A stretch of DNA of 64,000 bases from Methanothrix sp. GTDB taxonomy: Archaea; Halobacteriota; Methanosarcinia; Methanotrichales; Methanotrichaceae. The first letter of the stretch is position 1. Every line of letters starts with the position of its first letter. The stretch lies in NCBI GenBank assembly GCA_963682135.1, contig OY821645.1, forward strand, positions 2,979,342 to 3,043,341, written 5' to 3'. A model generated the notes under the pieces. It searched no databases. It had not been told where the DNA came from and saw only the letters and a list, made by a program, of their open reading frames with translations. Both the position numbers and the translations under genes were made by a program. Shown one piece after another: positions 42,810 through 53,112 of the stretch.

Positions 42810-43820
42810 ATGGATTTTTCGTTAAAGGTTAAGGGCTGGATGGAGGCTAGGGGAAAGCGGCTGGAAGAGAGCGATGTAGGGGCAATTCTTGCCCAAGATC
42901 CGGCTGCTATCTGCAGATTTGGCGGCGAGTTCTTCTTGGAATGGAGTGACTGCAAGGCACGCGACCATTTCGGGATTATGCCGGGAGACTGCCCGGCGGG
43001 AACTATGATCTGCAGCGGCAAAGAGATGGGAAAAGTAGACCCCAAATATCCCCTCATGGATTTGGATGAGGCCATAAGAATTGCGGTACAGCTTCGCAGC
43101 GATGAGGGAGTTGTGGCTCTATCCGGTGGTGTGGACTCGGCACTTGTCGCCCGGCTGGCCGGCAGAGAATGCGTTGTGGTAGGATTAGCCGGATCGCATG
43201 ACCTCCGCCACGCAAGGCAGGTGGCTCTGGAGTTCGGCCTGATCCTTCATGAGCACTTAATCGATCCGGCGTCAATTGAAGAAGCCCTGGCAGAGGTCTT
43301 GGCCGTCATTCCCAAGAGAGACCCGGTAAATGCATCTATCGCCACAACGCTCTATTTCGTCTGCCAATGGGCAGGGCAGCATGGCGAGAGGCGCATCCTG
43401 GCCGGCCAGGGGGCGGATGAGCTCTTTGGAGGCTACTCCCGTTATCTGCAGACCGCAACTCTCGCCCAGGATATGGAGAAGGATTTCCAGGGGCTTGCTT
43501 TGCAGCTGGCCAGGGATCAGGCAGTGGCCGGACTGCATGGAACATGCTTCTCCCTGCCCTACATGGACTGCAGAGTAGTAGTAGCTGCCCGGAGTATCCC
43601 GGCGGATCTGCTGGTGGCAGATGGAGTGCGCAAGAGACCGCTGCGAGCTGTAGCCGGACGGTATATGTCACCGGCTATTGCCCAATACGAAAAGAAGGCC
43701 ATGCAGTATGGCAGTGGTGTCATGAAGGAGATACAGAAGCTGGCCTCCCGAAAGGGCTACAAGAGATCGCTACAGGATTATTTGCAGGAGATCTGCAAAA
43801 ATGCCGGCCTGGGACACTAA
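42810..43820 (+). CDS. Asparagine synthetase-like ATP pyrophosphatase (reduced N-terminal domain)
   Basis: ALSGGVDS PP-loop, GQGADELFGGY, KKAMQYGSG. Confidence 0.85.
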   Translation: MDFSLKVKGWMEARGKRLEESDVGAILAQDPAAICRFGGEFFLEWSDCKARDHFGIMPGDCPAGTMICSGKEMGKVDPKYPLMDLDEAIRIAVQLRSDEGVVALSGGVDSALVARLAGRECVVVGLAGSHDLRHARQVALEFGLILHEHLIDPASIEEALAEVLAVIPKRDPVNASIATTLYFVCQWAGQHGERRILAGQGADELFGGYSRYLQTATLAQDMEKDFQGLALQLARDQAVAGLHGTCFSLPYMDCRVVVAARSIPADLLVADGVRKRPLRAVAGRYMSPAIAQYEKKAMQYGSGVMKEIQKLASRKGYKRSLQDYLQEICKNAGLGH

Positions 43821-43839
43821 GGCCAAAAATAAGAAAGCA

Positions 43840-44439
43840 CTATAGATCAATCTTTAATTTTTTAGCTCCAAGGCTAACCATTTCATCCATTGCCCGGCTG
43901 GAATCCTCTGGCTGTAGGTTAACGCCGGCGATGGCATCGGTCAAAATAATAACTTCAAGTCCGCCTTTAAGCGCATCCAGCGCGGAATATTTCACGCAAT
44001 AATCCGTAGCCAGTCCGCCGATATAAATCTGCGTAACTCCCAGATTTTTCAATAAATTCGCTAATACCATTCCGCCCGGATCCGTGGCGTGGAAAGCCGA
44101 GTAGCTCTCTTCTTCCGGATCCATGCCCTTGGACACCACCAGGACCTCTCTTGGAAGCTCAAGCTTCGGATGGAACTGTGCACCATAACTCCCAACGATG
44201 CAATGTTCAGGCCATACTCCGCCAAACTGCTCAAAATGCTTGGTGACTTTGGGGTGCCAATCCCTGGTCACAATAATCGGCAAATTTTCCCGCTCAAAAT
44301 ACTTGATGTACCTGTTAAGAACGGGGATGATCCTGTCACCCCCATGGATGCCCAGAGCGCCACCAGGACAAAAATCATTCTGCACGTCAACCACCAGGAG
44401 TGCCTTATTTGGTCTCAATGAACTCATGGGCAAGAACAT
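43840..44439 (-). CDS. pncA: Nicotinamidase/pyrazinamidase
   Basis: VDVQNDF, TRDWHP, WPEHC, GLATDYCV. Confidence 0.92.
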   Translation of the reverse strand: MFLPMSSLRPNKALLVVDVQNDFCPGGALGIHGGDRIIPVLNRYIKYFERENLPIIVTRDWHPKVTKHFEQFGGVWPEHCIVGSYGAQFHPKLELPREVLVVSKGMDPEEESYSAFHATDPGGMVLANLLKNLGVTQIYIGGLATDYCVKYSALDALKGGLEVIILTDAIAGVNLQPEDSSRAMDEMVSLGAKKLKIDL

Positions 44440-44457
44440 CTCCTGGCCATTTCGAAT

Positions 44458-45309
44458 TCAGACCTCCGAAGCCCTGGCCTGGCTCTGCGTCGCAAATACC
44501 GTTTGGGAGAGCAGCATGGCCACGGTGAGCGGCCCTACTCCGCCCGGAACAGGTGTTATGGCGGATGCGATCTCCTTTACGGCCTCGTAGTCCACATCTC
44601 CCACTGTCTTGTCTCCCACCCGATTGATGCCCACATCAAAGACAATGGCACCGGGCCGGACCATATCCTTTTTGATCAGGGCGGGAACGCCTGCGGCTAC
44701 TATCAATATCTCGGCATCTCTGGTGTGCTCGGCCAGATCTTTGGTGAAGACGTGGCAGACCTGCACCGTGGCATTGCGGCTGAGCAGCATGGCTGCCAGA
44801 GGTTTGCCTACCACGTTGCTGTGGCCCACAATCACGGCCTCTGCTCCCTCCAGCTTCTTGCCCAGCCGCTCCAGGGCATAGATGATGCCCCGTGGGGTGC
44901 AGGGCACCAGGCGCTCCGCTCCCAGAAGAAGGGCGCCCATATTCACGGGATGAAATCCGTCCACATCCTTCTCAGGCAATATGCTCATCATGGCCTTTTG
45001 GGGGCTGAGACCCTTAGGCAGAGGCAGCTGCAGGAGAATGCCGTTTATGTCCGGACGGCAATTGAGCTCCAGGATCTTGGCTATGAGCTCTTCCTCTGAA
45101 CTGTTCTCGGAAAGGACCACATTCTCCGATCGAATCCCTACCCTGGTGCAGGCGGAATGCTTGAGCCTGATGTACATCTGCGAGGCGGGATTCTCGCCCA
45201 CCAGCACTGTGGCCAGGCCGGGCACTATTCCCCTCAGAGCCAGCTTTTTAACCCTCTGGGCGGTCTCGACCTCAACGTCTGCCGCCAGAGCTTTTCCATC
45301 GATTATCAT
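44458..45309 (-). CDS. folD: Methylene-THF dehydrogenase/cyclohydrolase
   Basis: [30 protein letters not shown]. Confidence 0.95.
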   Translation of the reverse strand: MIIDGKALAADVEVETAQRVKKLALRGIVPGLATVLVGENPASQMYIRLKHSACTRVGIRSENVVLSENSSEEELIAKILELNCRPDINGILLQLPLPKGLSPQKAMMSILPEKDVDGFHPVNMGALLLGAERLVPCTPRGIIYALERLGKKLEGAEAVIVGHSNVVGKPLAAMLLSRNATVQVCHVFTKDLAEHTRDAEILIVAAGVPALIKKDMVRPGAIVFDVGINRVGDKTVGDVDYEAVKEIASAITPVPGGVGPLTVAMLLSQTVFATQSQARASEV

Positions 45310-45314
45310 ATTAA

Positions 45315-46562
45315 TCACGGCAGATCCGGGTAGAGCGGGAACTGTGCGCATAGCTCTCTGGATTGCCTGCGAACATCGGCTATTGTCTCCTCGTTCTTGA
45401 TGTCGCGCAGCACCGTGGTAATGAGGTCGGCAATCTTCACCATCTCCAGCTCTTTCATTCCTCTGGTGGTCATGGCTGGTGTACCGATGCGAATGCCGCT
45501 GGTGACGAAGGGCGTGGCCGGATCGAAGGGTATCATGTTCTTGTTCAGGGTTATGCCCGCTCTCTCCAGAGTTTCGTCGGCAACCTTGCCGGTGATGCCT
45601 TCTTTGATCAGCTTGACCATCATGAGGTGGTTGTCAGTGCCCCCTGAGACCAGATCGAATTTGTTTTCCAGAAGTCTGTCCGCCAGGACGCGAGCGTTCT
45701 TGACCACCTGGAACTGGTATTCCTTAAACTCGGATGTCAGCGCTTCCTTGAAGGCCACCGCTTTTGCGGCTATGGCATGCATAAAAGGACCGCCCTGGGT
45801 GCCTGGGAAGACAGATCGATCAATGGCAGAAGCAAGCTCCTCTTTACAGATGATCAGAGCGCCTCTCGGCCCGCGCAGGGTTTTATGAGTAGTAGTGGTA
45901 ACGATATCTGCGTAAGGCACTGGTGTTGGGTGCGCGCCCACGGCACACAGGCCAGCGATATGGGCGATGTCAGCCATGACCTTTGCTCCTACCTCGTCGG
46001 CGATCTCGCGGACGACCTTGAAGTCGATAGTTCTGGGATAGCTGGAAGCGCCCACCACTATGAGCTGCGGCCTGTTCTTTCTGGCAATAGCTGCCATCTC
46101 GGAGTAGTCGAGCATCTCTGTCTCGGGTGCGACGCTGTAGGGCACGATTTTGTACATCCTGCCCGAAAAGTTGACCGGGCTGCCATGCGAGAGATGGCCG
46201 CCGTGGGCCAGATTCATGCCCATGATGGTGTCGCCAAGCTTGAGCACGGCAAAGTAGGCTGCCATATTGGCCTGAGTGCCGCTCACCGGCTGCACATTGA
46301 CATGCTCTGCGCCGACAAAGAGCTTTTTGCAGCGTTCGCGAGCCAGATTTTCCGCCACGTCCACACAGCCTGTGCCGCGGTAGTAGCGTTTGCCAGGGTA
46401 GCCTTCCGCATACTTATTGGTCATGACGCAGCCCTGGGCCTCCATGACGGCTCTACTTGCGAAGTTCTCAGAGGCGATCAGAATTATGTTATTTCGCTGC
46501 CGCTCCAGCTCAGACTGGATTGCAGATGCGATTTCGGGATCTTCAACGCTTAAAGGCTTCAA
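45315..46562 (-). CDS. glyA: Serine hydroxymethyltransferase
   Basis: [35 protein letters not shown]. Confidence 0.96.
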   Translation of the reverse strand: MKPLSVEDPEIASAIQSELERQRNNIILIASENFASRAVMEAQGCVMTNKYAEGYPGKRYYRGTGCVDVAENLARERCKKLFVGAEHVNVQPVSGTQANMAAYFAVLKLGDTIMGMNLAHGGHLSHGSPVNFSGRMYKIVPYSVAPETEMLDYSEMAAIARKNRPQLIVVGASSYPRTIDFKVVREIADEVGAKVMADIAHIAGLCAVGAHPTPVPYADIVTTTTHKTLRGPRGALIICKEELASAIDRSVFPGTQGGPFMHAIAAKAVAFKEALTSEFKEYQFQVVKNARVLADRLLENKFDLVSGGTDNHLMMVKLIKEGITGKVADETLERAGITLNKNMIPFDPATPFVTSGIRIGTPAMTTRGMKELEMVKIADLITTVLRDIKNEETIADVRRQSRELCAQFPLYPDLP

Positions 46563-46741
46563 ATCAAATCACCAGTATATTGTCATGCGATCAGGATTGG
46601 AGGAGATGCAATGAGGAGAGCAAAATAGATTATGGTGATGACGCCATTTTGCATGCAGGATTTTAGCTAAATCTCCGGATCAAGATCAAGCCATAACTCT
46701 TTATTGTCAGCGGCTGTAAGGTATTGCCGGAAGGACATGAG

Positions 46742-47194
46742 ATGCTAAAGCGTGCCAGGATTATAGCCGATTATCAGTTTGGAAGAGGTGCCGGGGAGGC
46801 CCTCTTTCCCGAGGATACAACCTACAGTCTCTCCAAGACGCGCCGGCTGAGGTACCTCTACTCGGGAAAGGAGAGGATCGCCACGGTTCGAGCCAGCGAC
46901 AACCTCTTGACGCTCAGCATGCTGGGCGCGGGAAGGCTGCATGCCAGGTTCGAAAGCCCGCATCTTCGAGTAGTGGCAATGGAGGATGCCGCGCCCTTTG
47001 TGGCTAAAGGAGGCAATCTCTTTGCCAAGCACGTTTTGAGTGTGGACGAGGAGATCAGGGCGGGAGAAGAGGTGCTGGTGGTGGACGCCCAGGATCGGCT
47101 GCTGGCCACGGGAACGGCAGTGCTCGCGCCGGAGGAGATGCTGCAGATCAAACGAGGCATCGCAGTGGCTGCTAGAAAGGCTGCTGAGCATTAA
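46742..47194 (+). CDS. PUA-domain protein (C-terminal part of split archaeosine tRNA-guanine transglycosylase-like)
   Basis: IADYQFGRGAG, GGNLFAKHV, IRAGEEVLVVD. Confidence 0.8.
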   Translation: MLKRARIIADYQFGRGAGEALFPEDTTYSLSKTRRLRYLYSGKERIATVRASDNLLTLSMLGAGRLHARFESPHLRVVAMEDAAPFVAKGGNLFAKHVLSVDEEIRAGEEVLVVDAQDRLLATGTAVLAPEEMLQIKRGIAVAARKAAEH

Positions 47195-47367
47195 ATCCAA
47201 ATCTTTTGATCACTCTCTAAATCATCACACTACTTTTTCCCAAGCGGCAGGTTGTGCCGGTGTTGTGGAGCCGGGCAGAAATATCCTGCCAGGGGATTGT
47301 CTCTTGGTCTGCGAGAGAAGAGTTTTATACGTTAGTGGATGATTTTCGCGAAGAAGAGGTTGGATAA

Positions 47368-48210
47368 TTGTTGTTTGAAGAGCTCGAAAAGATCAACACG
47401 CGTCCTGAGCCGTTTGAGTTTTACACGGCAAGTGATCTGTGGAATGATGATCATACATCAGAGCAAATGCTCGCATTTCATCTAAACCCAGAAATTGATG
47501 TTTCTTCCCGAAAAGCAGCATTTATCGATCGATCGGTTGAATGGATAGCCGCTCATTTCCATGTGGGTGCCGGGATAAAGATTGCCGACTTCGGATGCGG
47601 GCCGGGATTATATGCTGCGGGGCTGGCTCGAAAGCAGGCGGAGGTTACGGGGGTTGATTTCTCGAAGAGATCGATTCAGTATGCGCAAAAAGCAGCCATA
47701 CGGGAAGGACTGTCCATCCACTACATAAATCAAAACTATCTGGATTTCGAAACAGATGATCGCTTTCATCTCATCCTGATGATTATGTGCGATTTTTGTG
47801 CTCTCAGTCCCAGGCAGAGAGAGAAGATGCTGGCGAAGTTCCATGCAATCCTAAAGCCTGGCGGCTGTGTTCTCCTTGATGTCTATTCGATGAATGCCTT
47901 CGAACAAAGGCAAGAAGCTGCAATATATGAAGCCAACATGCTCGATGGTTTCTGGTCACCGAATAAGTACTACGGGTTTCAGAATACCTTCAAGTACATG
48001 AGTGAAAATGTAGTTCTCGACAAATATTCGCTTTTTGAGTCAGATCGAACAAGGACTGTTTATAATTGGCTGCAATATTTCAGTCCGGAAGACCTGGAAA
48101 AAGAGCTAGCTGAATGCAAATTTGCTGTTGAAGAGATCTTTTCAGATGTCGCGGGCTCACCTTATGATCCGCAAGCCAATGAATTCGCAGTCATTGTTAA
48201 GAAATTATAA
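47368..48210 (+). CDS. Class I SAM-dependent methyltransferase
   Basis: IADFGCGPG motif I, GVDFS, LKPGG. Confidence 0.9.
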   Translation: MLFEELEKINTRPEPFEFYTASDLWNDDHTSEQMLAFHLNPEIDVSSRKAAFIDRSVEWIAAHFHVGAGIKIADFGCGPGLYAAGLARKQAEVTGVDFSKRSIQYAQKAAIREGLSIHYINQNYLDFETDDRFHLILMIMCDFCALSPRQREKMLAKFHAILKPGGCVLLDVYSMNAFEQRQEAAIYEANMLDGFWSPNKYYGFQNTFKYMSENVVLDKYSLFESDRTRTVYNWLQYFSPEDLEKELAECKFAVEEIFSDVAGSPYDPQANEFAVIVKKL

Positions 48211-48307
48211 AATGGCAAGAAGACAGAACAGAGCAATTGCTCGATGGGAATATTGCGCTGCTCTCTCACCTTGATTTCTTGCATCAGCTTTCCGCAGGCC
48301 ATCGTTT

Positions 48308-49468
48308 CTATTTCCTTCCCAGAGCCGATATTCCCCGGAACCGTTCCACAGCTTCCCCGATGCGTTCGGCCACATAGTCCACCTCTTCCTCGGTATTCGA
48401 CCGGCCCATGGTGATCCTTAGAGAGCCGTGGCACTCTTCCGGCTTCAGGCCCAGCGCCAGCAAGACGTGAGACGGCTCCAGCTTGTGCGAGGAGCAGGCG
48501 GATCCCGTGGATACGGCTATGCCCTTGGAGTCGAGGTAGAGGAGCAGCGATTCGCCCTCCACATAGGAAAAGCCGAAATTCAGGCTTCCGGGAAGTCTTC
48601 TCTTCATGGTCCCATTGATCCAGGAATCCTTGACCCTTCCCAGGACCTTTGCTGCCAGCCGGTCGCAAAGCTTGCTCAGCCTTAGCCCCTCCATGGCCAT
48701 GCTCTCGCTGCAAAGCTGCGCCGCCTCTGCCAGGCCCACGATGCCAGCCACGTTTTCCGTTCCCGAGCGCAGGCCTCTTTCGTGCCCACCGCCCTGCACT
48801 ATGCTCTCCAGTTTCGTGCCCCGGCGAATGTAGAGCGCCCCCACACCTTTGGGCCCGTAGATCTTGTGAGCTGAGAGCGAGAGCAAATCGACACCCAGGG
48901 CGTTAACGTCCGTGGGAATCTTGCCCACGCTCTGCACGGCATCGGTATGCAGGTAGATGTCTTTCTCGGCGGCCAGCTTGCCTATCTCCTCCAGCGGCTG
49001 GATGGTTCCTACCTCGTTGTTGGCGTGCATGATGGAGATGAGAATGGTGTCAGGTCGAATGGCTGCCTCAAGGGCTGCCATGTCCACCACACCCTCGCCG
49101 GTTACGGGAAGATAGGTGACGGCAAAGCCCTCCTTCTCCAGCGTCTTGCACGTCTCCAAAATAGCAGGATGCTCGACACAGGTAGTGATAATATGTCTGC
49201 CTTGCTCGGAATTGCGCATCGCTATGCCCTTCAAGGCCAAATTGTCGGACTCTGTGCCCCCTGAGGTGAAGATGATCTCCTCAGGGCTTGCTCCCAGGAG
49301 CCTGGCCACCTTCTCTCGGGATTCTTCCAGAGCTTCTTTTGCCTCCCGGCCAAAGCCATGCAGGCTGGAGGCATTGCCGAATTTGTCGGAAAGGTAGGGC
49401 AGCATGGCCTGCAAGACCTGCGATGCCACAGGAGTGGTGGCTGAGTGGTCCATATAGATCCGCTTCAT
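48308..49468 (-). CDS. iscS: Cysteine desulfurase IscS/NifS
   Basis: MDHSATTP, FTSGGTE, SAHKIYGPKG, catalytic STGSACSS. Confidence 0.95.
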   Translation of the reverse strand: MKRIYMDHSATTPVASQVLQAMLPYLSDKFGNASSLHGFGREAKEALEESREKVARLLGASPEEIIFTSGGTESDNLALKGIAMRNSEQGRHIITTCVEHPAILETCKTLEKEGFAVTYLPVTGEGVVDMAALEAAIRPDTILISIMHANNEVGTIQPLEEIGKLAAEKDIYLHTDAVQSVGKIPTDVNALGVDLLSLSAHKIYGPKGVGALYIRRGTKLESIVQGGGHERGLRSGTENVAGIVGLAEAAQLCSESMAMEGLRLSKLCDRLAAKVLGRVKDSWINGTMKRRLPGSLNFGFSYVEGESLLLYLDSKGIAVSTGSACSSHKLEPSHVLLALGLKPEECHGSLRITMGRSNTEEEVDYVAERIGEAVERFRGISALGRK

Positions 49469-49550
49469 AGCAATAGAGAGATGAAATGCCAGGGTAAATA
49501 GGTGGCGAACTCATAAGAAACTATAAGTATGCAGCAAAGGACGGGAAATT

Positions 49551-49799
49551 ATGAATCTATCCATTCCATTGTTTTCCACTCCGCTCTTGATAGCTGCGGC
49601 CCTTATCGCCCTGGGATTCATAACTTATCTCCTCTCCGCCAGGATTGGTGTGATTCTTATGGGTGCAGGCAGTGTGATCATGGGTGCGGTAGTCATCTTC
49701 GATCTGCCAAACGGCATGGGGCTGCAAGGCCTGGTGCTCTTTGGAATGACTGTGCTGGTGGGCGGATGGATGATGTATGTGGGAGTAAAGAATGGATGA
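49551..49799 (+). CDS. Small three-helix membrane protein
   Basis: 82 aa, almost entirely hydrophobic; TATAAGTA at 49522. Confidence 0.7.
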   Translation: MNLSIPLFSTPLLIAAALIALGFITYLLSARIGVILMGAGSVIMGAVVIFDLPNGMGLQGLVLFGMTVLVGGWMMYVGVKNG

Positions 49800-49940
49800 C
49801 AATATATTTTTAAATTATTAACTTATTAACCTATCTTCTTGAGATCGATATGATGGGCTTGCATCTTTTGCGGAGATCTTTCAAGAATAAGATTATATAT
49901 CATTATTTACAATTAACATATCATTCCGAAGGGATCTTAA

Positions 49941-50864
49941 ATGAACCGAAATTCAGCACCTGTAAGAATGCTGCTGTTGCTAATTTTATTTATATCATTG
50001 ATGTCAATTGCAGCTATGGGACAGGGTCCGGCCACCATCTTTTTCACAGATGCAAAGGAGAATCCGGGGAAGGTCTATTCATCAACGACGAGCGGAAGCG
50101 AGAATGTCTATTTTGCCCGCCCGTCAGGAAATATCTACACCTTTGCGTTTCATCCTTATGTGCCGGAGAAGCTATATTATGTAAATGCTAATGATAATAA
50201 GATCTACCTGGCCACAAGGACCACCGGTGGGGCCTGGACTGCGACGGATCAGGTGGCTTATACGCATAGCACTTATATCCGGGACTTGGAATACTACCCA
50301 ACAGCAGCTAGCGGACTTGAGGTCTACTTTAGCCAGTCCAGTGGAGCAGGCGGGGACGGCCAGATCTACCTCTTATCCGGGGGTGCTGCAGTTCCTTATT
50401 ATACCGTGAGGCTAACAGATGTCGATGGCTACTGGGCCGGCGATTTTATCCATGACACTGAAGGCCATCTCTACCTCAGCTCAGGAAACAGAGTACCTGC
50501 ATCTATCTATCAAGTATCTGGCAGAACTGTCAGCCGGATCTACACCAGCGAAACCGCTCCAATAACCGGCATGGCCTATCGGGATGGAAGCATTTACTAT
50601 GCCAATTGGGGCAATGAGATCCACCGTCTGGACCTCTCAACACTGGTTGATACTGTCGTCAGATCTCAACCAGGGCACACCTGGATTTCAGATGTTGCAC
50701 TTGGATCTTTCGGCGCTGCGACCGGGGCATTGGCTGACGCATCCGGCATCCTAAGACCAGGAATTGAGTCAAATGTCATAGGAAAGACTGCACAAGGATT
50801 CTCAAAGAATCCAATTAACCAATTGAACCCTCAGCCCGAGCCACCTAAACCCAAGTATTATTGA
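49941..50864 (+). CDS. Secreted beta-propeller-like protein with C-terminal LNPQPEPP motif
   Basis: Signal peptide; repeated blades (LYYVN, VYFSQ, LYLSS, IYYAN). Confidence 0.75.
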   Translation: MNRNSAPVRMLLLLILFISLMSIAAMGQGPATIFFTDAKENPGKVYSSTTSGSENVYFARPSGNIYTFAFHPYVPEKLYYVNANDNKIYLATRTTGGAWTATDQVAYTHSTYIRDLEYYPTAASGLEVYFSQSSGAGGDGQIYLLSGGAAVPYYTVRLTDVDGYWAGDFIHDTEGHLYLSSGNRVPASIYQVSGRTVSRIYTSETAPITGMAYRDGSIYYANWGNEIHRLDLSTLVDTVVRSQPGHTWISDVALGSFGAATGALADASGILRPGIESNVIGKTAQGFSKNPINQLNPQPEPPKPKYY

Positions 50865-51018
50865 CGCACAAATATCGTGAAAGAAGGCAACAGGGACCTG
50901 ATCATCCTGTATCTTCTTTCCACCTCTTTGGCAATATTTGCCGCATTTTCGGGACACTGCTGGATTTCTGCTTGTGAAACAGCAGCGACGCATCCGCGCA
51001 GCAGGCTGCAAGGTATCC

Positions 51019-51118
51019 ATTTAACTTGTAGGATCGCGAAGGGCGGATTTCGCTGACCGCTGGTCAGCGAGAGTCTCGACAGAGAAGTCGAAACATCGGT
51101 AAGTCCCCATCCTTCAGG
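51019..51118 (+). mobile_element. Palindromic IS200/IS605-end-like element (copy 2, 3' end rearranged)
   Basis: Same sequence as 41130..41227 with few substitutions; lacks terminal GTTCAC; followed by further hairpin GTTGCGA/TCGCAAC. Confidence 0.6.
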
Positions 51119-51565
51119 GTGATCTCGCTGACTGCGCAGAGTTTGCGGGAGTTGCGATGCAGTCGCAACGGACGAAAGCGGAGCCCTCTGCCATGATTAT
51201 ATTGATTACCATGTGCTTTAGCCTGGCAAGTTAGCGCGAGGTGATTTGGCAATAGAGTAATTAGTGATTTTCTTGCTAATCGCTAACGTATCAATATCTA
51301 TTAGTTCGAGATGATTTAGGTAGTTCCAAAATAATACACATTTTTTATGATTATTGCTATGATTTTATCACCATTCCTGGACAAATAAAGGCGCAAAACA
51401 TAAATATTTAAAGAAGATAGTAGGAATGTCAAATGCAAATTAATTGATTATGATGGCTCAAGCGTTCCCAGGAATTTAGATCGAGAAATAATGATGATTC
51501 GGTCACATTGATTACATTTGCAGCAAATCAATAATTTTATTAATTCAGGTTTTGGAGGGATATGG

Positions 51566-51769
51566 TTGGATGGAGATAAGAGGAGTTCTAAGAAAAACCC
51601 AAAAGGCACGATGACTGTTCAGGAGGCTGGCAGAAAGGGTGGTTTGAAGACTGCCGAAACACATGGCAAGGAATTTTATGAAGAGATCGGACACAAAGGT
51701 GGCCAAAGGGTCAAAGAACTAATCGAGGAAGGAAAGAAAGCCAAGGCACAGAGCGCAGAGAAACAGTAG
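51566..51769 (+). CDS. KGG-repeat / Em-like general stress protein
   Basis: MTVQEAGRKGG, FYEEIGHKGG; TTG 51566 behind GGAGG. Confidence 0.85.
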   Translation: MDGDKRSSKKNPKGTMTVQEAGRKGGLKTAETHGKEFYEEIGHKGGQRVKELIEEGKKAKAQSAEKQ

Positions 51770-51962
51770 CACATATCTCGTAGCTTCAACGATTCTGCAG
51801 TTCAGTGGATTAGCCTTAGGATTACAGCATATCTGCCCGCCGCCCAAAAAGCTAATAAATGTTTGGCGGCAGAAATAACTGCAATTGTATTTGTATATGG
51901 GGGAAAAATTAGTAGAATGAGCTCTGCGCACAGGCTACATTGAGACCAGAAGGAAGAGAACA

Positions 51963-52901
51963 ATGCTAAGAATTCTTCGCTGGATTACGATAGGGTTAAT
52001 TTTAGCAACGCTTTTGGTTTCAGCAGCATATCTCTGGGATATGAACCGGTCCTATGAACGGATCTCTGGAAAGAGTATGGTCATGCCTTCGCCTTACGGG
52101 GATATCGAATTCACCGAAGGAGGGGCCGGTCCGGATGTCCTGGTAATCCACGGTAGCGGTGGAGGCTACGATCAGGGAGAACTCCTTGCGCAAGCTGTGG
52201 TTGGCGACCAATTCCACTGGATTACTCCTTCTCGCTTTGGATATCTGCGCTCGACCTTCCATGAAGGTGCCACATTTGACGACCAGGCACGTGCCTATGC
52301 GTATTTGCTCGACCAGATGGGCATCAAGAAGGTGGCAGTCGTCGCATTGTCTCATGGCGGCCCATCCGCTCTGCTCTTTGCCGTGCTGTACCCAGAGCGA
52401 GTATCCTCGCTTACACTTGTCTCCTGCGGTGTCGCGTCTTCGGTCGCAAGAGACCAAGTACAAGCGAACCAGAAAGGCGATATGCTGACATCAATTTACA
52501 AGCATGACCCGCTTTACTGGGCCATAACCAAGCTGTTTCGAATCCAGTTCCTGGAGCTGCTGGGCGCTAACGACGTGGTCATTGCCGGCCTTAATCCATA
52601 TCAGCGGGAATTAGTTGACCAGATTGTTGATTACATGAATCCTGTGTCGCTGCGATCCGCCGGTGTTTCTTTCGACAACAAGGCAAAGATGCCGGGCGAG
52701 AGGATTGCAGCAATCAAAGCTCCAACCTTAATATTCCATGCCACAGACGATACATTGCAGCTCTACCACAATGCACAATTCGCTGCGTCCAACATTCCCG
52801 GTGCAAAGCTGGTCAGCTTCCCGAGAGGGGGCCATCTTCTCCTGGCAGTCGAAGAACCGACAATCCAGAGGCAAGCGCAAAGGCACATCCTGACTGCATA
52901 A
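51963..52901 (+). CDS. Membrane-anchored alpha/beta hydrolase
   Basis: N-terminal TM, VIHGSGGG, nucleophile elbow ALSHGG, HATDD, GGH. Confidence 0.88.
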   Translation: MLRILRWITIGLILATLLVSAAYLWDMNRSYERISGKSMVMPSPYGDIEFTEGGAGPDVLVIHGSGGGYDQGELLAQAVVGDQFHWITPSRFGYLRSTFHEGATFDDQARAYAYLLDQMGIKKVAVVALSHGGPSALLFAVLYPERVSSLTLVSCGVASSVARDQVQANQKGDMLTSIYKHDPLYWAITKLFRIQFLELLGANDVVIAGLNPYQRELVDQIVDYMNPVSLRSAGVSFDNKAKMPGERIAAIKAPTLIFHATDDTLQLYHNAQFAASNIPGAKLVSFPRGGHLLLAVEEPTIQRQAQRHILTA

Positions 52902-53112
52902 GCGAGTAGCTCCTGATTTGACAAGGCCATAATACTTGTATTTGTATCTTACATTTATCAGGGCATATTGTATTCGCTCGAAATACTCTAATATCAGCAG
53001 ATGATAATCATGATAAACCAAATCTGTTTGAATAAAAGGAGGGATTGAGATCAAAAAGGATACCATTGAGATATCTGCTTTTGCTAAAATAGTTTGTGCA
53101 GTCTGCATTATT

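Noticed and set aside
44458-46562. Bacterial-type folD-glyA pair in a methanogen
   Set aside because: Tetrahydrofolate-dependent C1 enzymes are already known in Methanosarcinales relatives; not novel
46742-47194. Stand-alone PUA protein as a novel RNA-binding factor
   Set aside because: Consistent with the known split archaeosine TGT of Methanosarcinales
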